Of a stretch of 64,000 nt of DNA, positions 7,457-16,448 are shown piece after piece. This DNA comes from a virus. Taxonomy: Duplodnaviria > Caudoviricetes. The notes under the pieces were generated by a model that worked only from the letters and a program-made list of their open reading frames with translations, was not told where the DNA came from and did not search any database. The position numbers and the translations under genes were made by a program. Positions within the stretch are counted from its first letter, which is position 1. Each line of letters starts with the position of its first letter. Where the stretch lies: the IMG/VR virus record IMGVR_UViG_2917791510_000001, positions 1-64,000 of that record; one strand, 5' to 3'.

Positions 7457-9442
7457 TCACCCCACAGCGGCGGCTTCCTCGTACACCGACCCGGTGATCT
7501 CGTAGACCGCCGCCCTCGTGTTGGGCGGTGTGAGCCGACGCAGCACGCCGATCTCCTCCAGTCGCTCGAGCTCGTCGTACACCCAGACACGAGAGCGCCC
7601 GACCAGCGTGGGGAGGTCCTGAAGCGCCTCGAACGTGACCTCGGTCGCCTCCCCGGACGCCAGGATCCCGATGCGATTGAGCATCTCCGCACGGGCGTCC
7701 TCGGTGGTCATCCGCGACACCAGCGGCTCGGCGAAGGTGACCAGCGGACTCCTTCCCCTTGGCGAAGCCAAGGGCTCGCCCACGTCGATGCCGTCCACGG
7801 AAGACAGCGACACGCCGCTGACCTCGGCAAAGTCCCGGTCCACGTCGTCCTCCTCGTCGGCCTCCACGGCGCCTTCGTCCACGATCCCCGCCGACAGGAT
7901 CTCGTAGGAGCCCTTGTCCAGCTCCGCCCAGAACGGCCGGGTGACCCGGATCATCTCCTCACGGTCGGTTGCCTTCACGCGCGGCGCCCGGCCATCGATC
8001 GGCCAGTGGCCCTTGTCCGTGCCCGTGACCTCGGCATACAGCGAACCGGGGGCGTTGTTGGCCCACTTGGTCGGGTCCGCGCCGGCCTCCAGCGTCTCGG
8101 CCTCCAGGGAGTACCGGGCGTCCTGGTATTCCTTCTGCCCGTGGGCCAGGCTCTGGGCGAACTGACCTCGGGTTTTGCGGGGGATGTTGTCGTGCGGCAT
8201 GGTCTGCGCGGACGCGCAGAAGTGCACGCCGACCGACCGCAGCTTGCGCAGCGCCTCATCGGCTTCCTCGTCCACGACCGGCAGTACGTCGGTGGCTTCC
8301 TCGATGTCCAGGAAGATGGCCGGGATGCCGTGCCGCGTGTACAGCTCGGGCACCCACTGCTTGTAGCCCTTGCCGCCGTCTGACCTGGGAAGAACCCCGA
8401 ACAGGCCCGCCCGGTACTCGATGAGCGGGATGAGGTTCCGCACGAGCTGCTCAGTGTGCTCCCGGGTCTTCGCGGCCAGCCCCAGCACCTCTTCGATGTC
8501 GCCGAAAGACTGCTGGAACTTGGCCGGGTCGCCGACCACGGGGACGATGTCGACGCGCTCGCGCATCTGGAGGATGGCGGTGCAGATGGTCTCCGTCTTG
8601 CCCGCGCCGGTCATGCCGGTGCACTTCGTGTGGGCCAGTGGCCTGGGGTTTTTCTCGTCGTCGGAGCCGACGATCCACCAGTCGATGTCCGAACCGTCGG
8701 TGCGCTGGCCGAGCCAGATCGGCGCGTCCGCAATCGACTTGCCGGGGTGCCTCGGGCCCGTCCAGACGACCGGCTTGGAGGCGCCCTGGCTGCGGGTGAA
8801 CACCACGTCCACCTGCGACGCGTCACCCTTGACCTTGAGCACCTTGACGTCGGCCGCGTCGACACCAGCGACAGAAGCGATCTGGTCCTTCACGTCCTGC
8901 GCGTCCTTGGAGGAGTTCGGCGGGTCCAGGTGGACCCGGGCGCGCAGCTCCTGCTCCGACTGCGTCACCTTGCCGACCTTGGCGTCCTTGAACGCCCGGA
9001 CCTTGGTCAGCAGGCCGTCGGTAACCTCGCTGGCCTGCGACTTGTCGACGTCCCGGACGCCCGACAGGGCCGCGTGCCGGATGCACCAGGCGACCGACAT
9101 GACGAGGCCGCCGATGGCCCACGCCTTGACGATGTCAGCCTGCCAGGGCTTGACCGCCACAGCGAAAAGAGTCCAGGTCAGAAGGGCGACTGTGAACGCC
9201 ATGACCATGTTCCGCGTCTCCTTGCGGCGCACAGCCCAGTTCTTCCAGGCGCTGTACGCCAGGTACACGAAGCCGAGGGCCATGAGCGCGACCCACAACG
9301 GATTGTCGCCGATGACGAGGTGAAGCACGGCAGCCAGCGGCCAGACGGCCACGGTGATGACCCACGGCAGAACGTACGAGACGATCCGCTCGGGCACGTT
9401 GAACAGGGCATATCCCCGCAGGCGGGGCGCGTGATCCGACAT
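7457..9442 (-). CDS. traB: TraB-like FtsK/SpoIIIE conjugative DNA translocase
   Basis: N-terminal TM helices, Walker A TGMTGAGKT, Walker B IFLDIEE, LRKLRSVGVH..SAQ, C-terminal wHTH. Confidence 0.85.
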   Translation of the reverse strand: MSDHAPRLRGYALFNVPERIVSYVLPWVITVAVWPLAAVLHLVIGDNPLWVALMALGFVYLAYSAWKNWAVRRKETRNMVMAFTVALLTWTLFAVAVKPWQADIVKAWAIGGLVMSVAWCIRHAALSGVRDVDKSQASEVTDGLLTKVRAFKDAKVGKVTQSEQELRARVHLDPPNSSKDAQDVKDQIASVAGVDAADVKVLKVKGDASQVDVVFTRSQGASKPVVWTGPRHPGKSIADAPIWLGQRTDGSDIDWWIVGSDDEKNPRPLAHTKCTGMTGAGKTETICTAILQMRERVDIVPVVGDPAKFQQSFGDIEEVLGLAAKTREHTEQLVRNLIPLIEYRAGLFGVLPRSDGGKGYKQWVPELYTRHGIPAIFLDIEEATDVLPVVDEEADEALRKLRSVGVHFCASAQTMPHDNIPRKTRGQFAQSLAHGQKEYQDARYSLEAETLEAGADPTKWANNAPGSLYAEVTGTDKGHWPIDGRAPRVKATDREEMIRVTRPFWAELDKGSYEILSAGIVDEGAVEADEEDDVDRDFAEVSGVSLSSVDGIDVGEPLASPRGRSPLVTFAEPLVSRMTTEDARAEMLNRIGILASGEATEVTFEALQDLPTLVGRSRVWVYDELERLEEIGVLRRLTPPNTRAAVYEITGSVYEEAAAVG

Positions 9443-9456
9443 GACTCGCATCTCCC

Positions 9457-10041
9457 CTAGACCACGGAGAAGCCGTTGTTGCGGCCCCCGGGACGACGGA
9501 TTCCACCACGGCCGCCATCGTTCTCCAGCTCGTCCAGCAGGGTCTCGAACCGCCTCCATGCCTTGACCGCGTCGGCCGCGCCGCTCACGCAGGAGTTGGC
9601 CAGCTTGTCGAGATCCTTGCCCACCCGGCGCAGCGTGGTCGCCAGCTTGGCGGCCTGCATCGGGCCCATCCACCCGTCGTTGGTCTGCCGGGCCTGCGCC
9701 CGCGCAGCCGCCTTGAGCTGGCCTTCTGCCATCTTGGCGGACACGGCGAGGTAGTTGAGGACCGCCCGGTACGCCTCGCAGAAGGCATGCAGGTCGTCCT
9801 GGTTGGACAGCTCCAGGGAGCCGATGGAGTTGGCGAGCTGGGCGATGTTCTGGCCCCGCGTGCCAGCCGGCCGGGACGGCCGCTGACCTGCGCCGTTGGC
9901 CTGACCGTTCGCCGGCTGCGACGGCAGCGGGTGGCCGTTGGAGTCGATGCCCTGGCGGCGCAGGTCCGCCGCTGACTTGCCCGCTGCGCGGCCCTGCGCG
10001 CTGAACGGGTTGTCCGGGCTGTTCGTGCCGATGCTGCTCAT
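9457..10041 (-). CDS. TraA-like plasmid transfer accessory protein
   Basis: Directly upstream of traB; Gly/Asn-rich N-terminus, helical core; own operator at 10103. Confidence 0.55.
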   Translation of the reverse strand: MSSIGTNSPDNPFSAQGRAAGKSAADLRRQGIDSNGHPLPSQPANGQANGAGQRPSRPAGTRGQNIAQLANSIGSLELSNQDDLHAFCEAYRAVLNYLAVSAKMAEGQLKAAARAQARQTNDGWMGPMQAAKLATTLRRVGKDLDKLANSCVSGAADAVKAWRRFETLLDELENDGGRGGIRRPGGRNNGFSVV

Positions 10042-10130
10042 CTTCCTGGTTCCTCTTCCTTGGTCGGATGGGCGAAAGCTTCACCAGGGTTGTCCCCAGT
10101 GAGGCTTTACCTAAATCAATCGTCTCGCGC

Positions 10131-10721
10131 TCAGCGTGTACGCGCAATGGCCTTCTTCAGGCTGTCCGGCTTGACGCCCTCGTGTCCCGGCAGGGTGGGG
10201 ACGATGGTCTTGATCTCGTTCTCGGTCCGCCCGGCCTTTCGCAACTCTCGCACAGCGGCCGTCAGGCTTTCGCCGGCGAGAGCTTTCAGCGAGAGGTGCT
10301 CTTGCCTTCCGCTCTCGGGCTCTCGCCCCGGTGCCTTTCGTTCGGGGGTCTCTCGCCTCTCGTCCTCGGCGAGCGCAAGCGCAAGGGCTGCGGCCTGGCG
10401 GGGCGAAAGGTCCAGGGCGGACGCAACCGCAAGCGCCACGGCCCCGATGCGCAAGGCGAAAGCGTGCGGGGAGTCAAGGCTTTCGGCCTTGCGGCACTCC
10501 GGGCAGTTGCCGAGGTAGAACGCCTCCTTCGGCGTCGGCACGGCGGTTCCTGCGTCCAGGACTGCGAGGCGGGAGTTGCACGACCCGCACAGCAGCCCGC
10601 GAGAGTATCCATGCACGTGGCAGTGGTCCACGACCAGGTCAGTACGGCGGGAGCCGCAGCGGACGCACGTTTCGTCGCGCCCTGCTGCGGCTCCCTTGAT
10701 GTAGCGGTACGGCACCGTCAC
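10131..10721 (-). CDS. Endonuclease VII-like (His-Me finger) domain protein with C-terminal HTH-like tail
   Basis: CVRC..LVVDHCH..G.SRGLLCGSCN signature; GTGA overlap. Confidence 0.75.
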   Translation of the reverse strand: MTVPYRYIKGAAAGRDETCVRCGSRRTDLVVDHCHVHGYSRGLLCGSCNSRLAVLDAGTAVPTPKEAFYLGNCPECRKAESLDSPHAFALRIGAVALAVASALDLSPRQAAALALALAEDERRETPERKAPGREPESGRQEHLSLKALAGESLTAAVRELRKAGRTENEIKTIVPTLPGHEGVKPDSLKKAIARTR

Positions 10722-11740
10722 GATCCGTTCGCCCCCATGCTGCGCAGCGCCGAGCGGTGCGCGCGGATGCTGTCGCCGGAGACGGTGACGCCGACCAGCG
10801 CCAGCACCTCCGAGAGTTCCCGTGCGGTCAGGCCCGGGTTCACCAGGTCCGCTTTCGCGACGGCCTCCCGCTTCGAAAGGTCTCCCCACACCGGGGGTTC
10901 GTGCGAAAGCAGGGCGGCGGCGTACGTCGTCGCGTCGGCCGAAAGCTCTCGCTTCGGGCTTTCGGTCGCGTCCTTTCGGGCCTCTCGCTTCGGGCTTTCG
11001 GTCCTTTCGCTTTCGGCCGGAGCGAAAGCGAGAGCCGTCGTCCAGTCGTGGCGCGCGTCGATGGACGCCAGGCCGGTGACCGACTTCCGGCGCACGACGC
11101 GCGCGACGATGGCGGCCTCCGCCGCGCTCGCCTCGTCCGGCGAAAGCCCGTGACGCGCGGCGTCGATCTGAGTGGCGAGCTGAGCCGAGAGCCTGCGGTG
11201 CGCCCTGCTGCCCGACTTGGCGGCGGCTACCTGGTCCGCGAGGTTGACGGCGCGGTCCGCCGCCCGGCTGCGGGCGATGGCTGCGGAGTCGGCGCCCCGG
11301 CGGCCGATGCCGAGGAAGGACGCCAGCCGCTCACGGGCCTCGCGGAGGGCGGAGGCGAGCAGGCCCGTCGACTTCTCCCCGGACATGCGCAGTTCGAGGC
11401 CGAGCAGGAGGTGGAGCAGGACGGCCAGCAGGACGGGGCCGAGGATGACCCGGACCGGGCCGCCCGCCGCGCCGGACACCTTGAAGGCGGGGATGGACTG
11501 GACGAGGACGGCGGCGTACGCGAGGTACGCGGGTCCCTTGGTGCGGGTGGCCCACGAGTAGGTCGTCAGCGCGATGATGGCCGCCTCGGCGACGCCGCAC
11601 AGCGCGCCGCGCTCCACGTGGCCGGTGATCTGGAGCACCTGACCCAGGTAGCGGTACGAGGTGTCGGCGGACATGCCCAGCGCCAGGGTGGTGGGGATGA
11701 GCAGGCCGAACGTTGCGGCCCGCGTGCGGTTCACTGCCAT
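10718..11740 (-). CDS. Multi-TM Spd-like conjugal spread protein with C-terminal HTH
   Basis: About four TM segments, helical middle region, TESPKRE repeat, ARELSEVL HTH-like end; operator at 11768. Confidence 0.6.
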   Translation of the reverse strand: MAVNRTRAATFGLLIPTTLALGMSADTSYRYLGQVLQITGHVERGALCGVAEAAIIALTTYSWATRTKGPAYLAYAAVLVQSIPAFKVSGAAGGPVRVILGPVLLAVLLHLLLGLELRMSGEKSTGLLASALREARERLASFLGIGRRGADSAAIARSRAADRAVNLADQVAAAKSGSRAHRRLSAQLATQIDAARHGLSPDEASAAEAAIVARVVRRKSVTGLASIDARHDWTTALAFAPAESERTESPKREARKDATESPKRELSADATTYAAALLSHEPPVWGDLSKREAVAKADLVNPGLTARELSEVLALVGVTVSGDSIRAHRSALRSMGANGS

Positions 11741-11891
11741 GTCGATTCCTTGATTCCGTGGTCTGGATGATTTCCTTAAATCATCGTACCCCGTCTGCAT
11801 GCCCCGCCGCCACCCCGGTCATGCCTGAAAGCCCCCACGGATCGTCCCGTGGGGGCTGATTTCGTTCGGTATGGCTGTTTCTGGCCGTTCG

Positions 11892-12395
11892 TCAGACGGC
11901 CGGGGCACTCCCGGACTTGTCCTGTCCCGGGGCGGACAGGACCAGGTACTCACCGGGCTCCGCGCCGTCGGCGGACAGGTGTCCCGACTGAACCAGGTCC
12001 CGGATCTTCCCCTCGGCCCAGTCCCGGACCGCCTTCGTCCCGGCGTCCGTGTGCGGCGCCGCCAGGAGGACGAGGTCCCGGACGTCGGTCCAGTCGCTGC
12101 CGCTCGTGACACGGGCGCGCAGGTGGTCCCGGACGACCGTGTCCAGGTTCCCCCTCTCGTACGACGTCATCGGCTTCTCGGCGGCCCGCCACGCGCTCCG
12201 CTCACGGTTCTCGTAGTCGGCCTGCCCCTGCTGGCCGAGGCGCTCCAGTTCCCGGGCCCAGGCGATGAGCAGCGTGCGCTCCCGGAAGGACAGAGCTGCG
12301 ATGAAGCGCCGGGCCTCGAGCGGGTTGTCGCCGATCACCTCCAGCAAGGCGTTCACAGCGGATGACTCAGCGATCGTCAACTCGGGCTTGTCCAT
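11892..12395 (-). CDS. Hypothetical protein, possible wHTH C-terminus
   Basis: Operator at 12414, GACCAAGGAA, SD; ends at hairpin 11828-11858. Confidence 0.65.
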   Translation of the reverse strand: MDKPELTIAESSAVNALLEVIGDNPLEARRFIAALSFRERTLLIAWARELERLGQQGQADYENRERSAWRAAEKPMTSYERGNLDTVVRDHLRARVTSGSDWTDVRDLVLLAAPHTDAGTKAVRDWAEGKIRDLVQSGHLSADGAEPGEYLVLSAPGQDKSGSAPAV

Positions 12396-12514
12396 GGTCT
12401 TCCTTCCTTGGTCTGATTTCCTTAAATCACCCTACCCGGTGCCGGAGATCCCGAACCCAGGGGGCATGGAAGAGCCCCCACGGGTTGTCCCGTAGGGGCG
12501 TCCCTGTCCCGGGG

Positions 12515-12823
12515 CTACTTGTCCGGGACGTCGTGCGGGCTGAACGGGTCCACCGGCTCCGGGGCACCCCGGGGACTGAAGGGGTCGACGCACGGGTGCT
12601 GCACCCCGTCGTCCGTGACGAGTTCGCTGTACCAGAAGTCCGTGATCTCTATCCCGGCGAGCGGGACGTTCTCGGTCCGGGACAGATCCTGCACGGCCGC
12701 CGCGCGCAGCCGCACCTCGTCGCACCGGCCGTGGGCCCACGCGGAGCCCTCGATCTCCCGCGTCCTGCCGGAGAAGACGACGGTCCCTCCGTAGACGTAC
12801 CCGTACGTCCGTGGCCCCGTCAC
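12515..12823 (-). CDS. Hypothetical protein with two DPF motifs
   Basis: GTGA overlap with the upstream stop; terminator hairpin at 12472-12498. Confidence 0.55.
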   Translation of the reverse strand: MTGPRTYGYVYGGTVVFSGRTREIEGSAWAHGRCDEVRLRAAAVQDLSRTENVPLAGIEITDFWYSELVTDDGVQHPCVDPFSPRGAPEPVDPFSPHDVPDK

Positions 12824-13143
12824 CGCAGGTACCCCGAACCGGAGTTGACGCGCCACGCGCGCGCGCCCTCGTCGCTGACGGAGCGCAGGACCCCGAGGCC
12901 CTCCAGGACGATCAGGTGATCCCCGATCCAGGACAGCGGCCGGCCGGCCTGCTCGGCGGTACGGGTGAAGTCGTCCAGGATGAAGGTCCGCGTGCCCCTG
13001 TCGTGCAGGTACCCGATCCGCTCCCGTACGCAGGTCTCCAGGGACGCGTGCGATGGCGATACCCGTTGTCGTACGGTCAGTCCGTCGCCGGGGGCGACGG
13101 GAGATCCGGTCGTGGCGGTGGTGGGCGTCACGACTTCCTCCAT
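12820..13143 (-). CDS. Small winged-HTH protein (TraB C-terminus-like)
   Basis: AGRPLSWIGDHLIVLEGLGVLR. Confidence 0.55.
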   Translation of the reverse strand: MEEVVTPTTATTGSPVAPGDGLTVRQRVSPSHASLETCVRERIGYLHDRGTRTFILDDFTRTAEQAGRPLSWIGDHLIVLEGLGVLRSVSDEGARAWRVNSGSGYLR

Positions 13144-13149
13144 CCGTGA

Positions 13150-13800
13150 TCAAGTTGTCATAGAGGCAAGGCCCTTGCCGCCAGTGTTCCCCGCGTGCAC
13201 GTTCCACGTCCATGTTTTGGCGTCGAGGTGCTCGAACCGGGCGCCCGCGTCGAGCAGACGCACCAGGTAATCCTCGTCTTCCCCACGATAGCGACGGCCG
13301 ATTCCCTCGGTGGTCACATCCAGGCCAGGGCGGAACCCGCCGATCCGGCGGACCATATCAGTCCTGACCAGGTGCGTCATCGGGATGAACGACCCGAACC
13401 GACGCAGATGCGCCTCTTGTTCAGGGCCGAAACGCACGCCCCACGGGGAGACCCACTGGCCCTGGACGGACACGGCCGTCGGGTCCTGGCCGCCGACGAC
13501 GGCCGGCCTCGGGTAGACCAGATCCGGCTTGTCGGGGGACTGCTCGAGCACGCGCATGCACCGGCGGATATGCGTCTCGCGCAGGACGTCATCATCATCG
13601 AGCCAGGCGATCACGTCCGTGGTGACCCGCTCGAGGGCCCGGTTGCGGGCCTGGTCCGCCCCGGTGCGCAGCGAGTCGCGTTCCACGACGACCTGGTCCG
13701 GCCGGCGCGTCTGGGCTCTCACGGACGCGAGGGCGCGCTCCAGCATCTCCTCACGGCCCGGGATCGTAGGTATCACCACGGCGACGGTCAGGCGGGGCAT
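13150..13800 (-). CDS. Glycosyltransferase family 2
   Basis: VAVVIPTIPGR, ARNRAL, IAWLDDDD (DxD), EDEDY. Confidence 0.9.
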   Translation of the reverse strand: MPRLTVAVVIPTIPGREEMLERALASVRAQTRRPDQVVVERDSLRTGADQARNRALERVTTDVIAWLDDDDVLRETHIRRCMRVLEQSPDKPDLVYPRPAVVGGQDPTAVSVQGQWVSPWGVRFGPEQEAHLRRFGSFIPMTHLVRTDMVRRIGGFRPGLDVTTEGIGRRYRGEDEDYLVRLLDAGARFEHLDAKTWTWNVHAGNTGGKGLASMTT

Positions 13801-14441
13801 GACGGGGTCTCCTCTCCTTCGGAAGGCGGGCTCCAGCGCATACCGTCTTCCAGCGGCATGTCGTAGTCGTGCGGGTCCTGCGCGAACTCTGCGCGGGTGG
13901 AGCGGATCAGCTCCTCGTTCGCGTCCAGGTCCGGGGCTAGGCCGAGTTCCCGGCGCAGCTCGGACTCGGTCATGCAGGACTGCGCGTACAGGCGTGCCAC
14001 ATCGGCTTCGGTGAAAAGGGCCCCCGCCGGGATTCCGTACAGGTCGGCCACCGCGCGGGCGTACAGGCCGTCCGATGCCGACCGGCCGGTGGCCATTTCG
14101 CCCGTGAACCGGTCAGAGAACGTCTGGCCCTCGTCCTCGGGGAAGGTGGCTCCGGTGACGCGGTCGGTGAAGACCCCGGCGTCCGTGGACGGATCGATGC
14201 CAACACGGACCCCGTGGCCGCGCCACCGGTAGTTCTCCAGAACCATCTGGCCGATTCCCGTGAGGTCCGTTCGACGCCGGGCAAATTCCGAAATAGCTTC
14301 GCCCAGCCGCTCGTGATCGACAGACGGCGGGATCACCTGCATGATGCCGTAGCCGCCGGAAACCACGGAGCCCGCATCCCCGGCGTCTCCGCTGGATACG
14401 GGCTCGTCGTCCCGGGCGGCGTTCCCGGGCTGCTGCATCAT
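13788..14441 (-). CDS. Hypothetical protein
   Basis: ATGA overlap with the upstream HTH gene; the start could instead be 14342. Confidence 0.5.
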   Translation of the reverse strand: MMQQPGNAARDDEPVSSGDAGDAGSVVSGGYGIMQVIPPSVDHERLGEAISEFARRRTDLTGIGQMVLENYRWRGHGVRVGIDPSTDAGVFTDRVTGATFPEDEGQTFSDRFTGEMATGRSASDGLYARAVADLYGIPAGALFTEADVARLYAQSCMTESELRRELGLAPDLDANEELIRSTRAEFAQDPHDYDMPLEDGMRWSPPSEGEETPSCPA

Positions 14442-14719
14442 GACTCCCCGGTGGCGACCCACAGGGTGTCCTTGTCGGCCTGCGACGTCTCGGGGCTGGT
14501 CTTCTCGGCCAGGCCCTGCTTCCGGAGCCGGTCGAGGCTCAAGTAGGTCTTGCTCTTGTTCAGGCCCATCATCTCGGCGATGTCGTTGCGCATCAGGCCG
14601 CCGGGGTTGTCCCGCAGCAGTGCCAGGATCGTCTCGTCGCGGCGCCGGGTCTCGGCAGGCCGGGGACGCCCCCGCACCTGGGAGCTGTCCCCGTAGACGC
14701 TCTCGGTCATGGTGGTCAT
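14438..14719 (-). CDS. Winged-HTH DNA-binding protein
   Basis: ILALLRDNPGGLMRNDIAEMMGLNKSKTYLSLDRLRKQGL; operator at 14755. Confidence 0.8.
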   Translation of the reverse strand: MTTMTESVYGDSSQVRGRPRPAETRRRDETILALLRDNPGGLMRNDIAEMMGLNKSKTYLSLDRLRKQGLAEKTSPETSQADKDTLWVATGES

Positions 14720-14792
14720 GATTCCTTCCTCGGTGGTCGGCAGGGGCTCGATGATGATTTATCTTAATCGATATGCCCGCCCCTGTCACCGT

Positions 14793-15074
14793 TCAACCGC
14801 CCGCAGAGGTCAACAGGCCCGTGTCGCGCACCAGCTCGCAGGCCGCCTCCACGTCCATCGCCTCGCGTGCCGCGCCCCACGCCGTCTGCCGCATGGGCCG
14901 CCACAACTCCACCTCGGTGGACGGCTGCGGCTCGGGCAGCCGCAGCAGGAGGTCGCGGTGTTCCGCCTCGAGTTTCCGGTGGTCGCGCAGCAGCCGTCCG
15001 TAGGCCTGGAGCAGCCGGGTGTAGTGGCCGCGCAGTCCACGGAACGGCAGCCTCTCCGCGCAGTGCTTGCCCAT
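14793..15074 (-). CDS. Hypothetical coiled-coil protein
   Basis: SD GAGGA; fills the operon. Confidence 0.5.
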   Translation of the reverse strand: MGKHCAERLPFRGLRGHYTRLLQAYGRLLRDHRKLEAEHRDLLLRLPEPQPSTEVELWRPMRQTAWGAAREAMDVEAACELVRDTGLLTSAGG

Positions 15075-15146
15075 GTCGTCCGTCCCGTCCTCGGGCCCCC
15101 GCCGGCCGAGGACGGTATCAGCGACCTGCGGCAGCACCGAACGGGA

Positions 15147-15623
15147 TCACTTCACGGTGCGGGTGAGCCAGGCGTCCCGCACGCCCGCGTCGTACTCGGC
15201 GGCCTGCGACAGGGTCCGGGACGCCGTCGGGGTCAGGAACACGTCGCTGCCCCGCCGGGTGGTCAACTTCTCGAGCACTTCGTGGCCGGTGAGCAGCCAC
15301 TCCCACTCGATGAAATCCTTCTCCTCGGGGACGATGGACGCGCCCCGCTTGAGGAACAGGTACTGACCCAGCGCCTTGCCGTCGGCCGGGTCGGTGCCGA
15401 AGATCCTGATCTCTGTCCAGCGGCACGTGGAGCAGTGTGTGCGCTGCGGGGCGTACTCGGTGGTCGGGTGGTTCTGGTGCCGGGGCCGGTAGGTGGAGCC
15501 GAGTCCCAGCAGTTCGCCGGTGACGGTGATGGACTCGCCGTACTCGTTTGTGATCGTCCAGGTTCCGGGTTTCCCGACTGCCTCGCGTCCGGGCAGGGGC
15601 ATAGGGCTCGTCATTGGTCTCAT
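15147..15623 (-). CDS. Hypothetical protein (CxxC, RWTEIRI motif)
   Basis: SD GAGGAG; GC3-rich codon usage. Confidence 0.7.
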   Translation of the reverse strand: MRPMTSPMPLPGREAVGKPGTWTITNEYGESITVTGELLGLGSTYRPRHQNHPTTEYAPQRTHCSTCRWTEIRIFGTDPADGKALGQYLFLKRGASIVPEEKDFIEWEWLLTGHEVLEKLTTRRGSDVFLTPTASRTLSQAAEYDAGVRDAWLTRTVK

Positions 15624-15772
15624 ACTCCTCAGTCCGTGGTCCTGCTCCGAGCGTACCCACCGGGTAAACCGGCATAAAGCCGAGTCCGGGTCGCGTCAGG
15701 GGCGTGGCTGATCACCCTAGCGGGTATGCCTGATTTAACGAAATGACAGGGTATGGGGCGGAGGACCAAGGA

Positions 15773-16354
15773 ATGCGGATCATAGGACTGGACCTGTCGA
15801 TGTCGGCCACCGGCGTGGCCTTCCCGGACAACACCACCGCAGTGATCAAGCCTAGGGGTCAGGGGTACGCCCGGCTGCTGAGCATCGAGGACCGCATCGG
15901 CGCGGCCCTGCGCATCGGCCGCCCGCAGCTCGCCGTCGTGGAGGACATCCGCGCCGGGCTGAAGGGCGACGCGGCCAAGGTCATTCCCATGGTGCACGCT
16001 GCGGCTCTGCTCCCGCTCCTGCGGTACGGAATCCCGTTCGTGCTCGTCAACGCGTCCACACTGAAGTTGTACGCCACCGGCTACGGCGCTTCCGACAAGG
16101 CTGCCATGGCCGTGGCCGCGTTCACCTACGCGGGGCGGGAGTTCACCGGCGACAAGGGCGGTGACCAATGCGACGCGTGGTGGCTGCGGGCCGCCGGTCA
16201 CGCCGCCTACGGCGAACCGGTGGTCAGGGTGCCGGAGGCCAACATGGACGCCCTGCGTGGGGTGGTCTGGCCGCGCATAGCCGGCGCCGGCGAGCCGATC
16301 GCGCAGGTGGCGAAGAAACCGACGGGCCGCCGCAAGCGAGCCGTGGCGGCCTGA
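15773..16354 (+). CDS. ruvC: RuvC-like Holliday junction resolvase
   Basis: IIGLDLSMSATG, VVED, LKLYATGYG.SDK, DQCDA acidic residues. Confidence 0.85.
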   Translation: MRIIGLDLSMSATGVAFPDNTTAVIKPRGQGYARLLSIEDRIGAALRIGRPQLAVVEDIRAGLKGDAAKVIPMVHAAALLPLLRYGIPFVLVNASTLKLYATGYGASDKAAMAVAAFTYAGREFTGDKGGDQCDAWWLRAAGHAAYGEPVVRVPEANMDALRGVVWPRIAGAGEPIAQVAKKPTGRRKRAVAA

Positions 16355-16391
16355 CATGATGCGGGACGCGGCCAGTGGCCGCGAGCACGGG

Positions 16392-16427
16392 GAAGCCCCT
16401 GGGAATCACCACTTCCCAGGGGCTTCC
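16392..16427. terminator. Bidirectional hairpin between convergent ruvC and ssb-like genes
   Basis: GGAAGCCCCTGGGAA...TTCCCAGGGGCTTCC inverted repeat. Confidence 0.75.
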
Positions 16428-16448
16428 TCTATGGTGCCGTAGACCGGA

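Noticed and set aside
9443-10147. N-terminal 235 aa of the 896-aa ORF as part of TraB
   Set aside because: This stretch overlaps the traA-like gene in another frame and reads as off-frame sequence; the SD and ATG at 9442 fit better.
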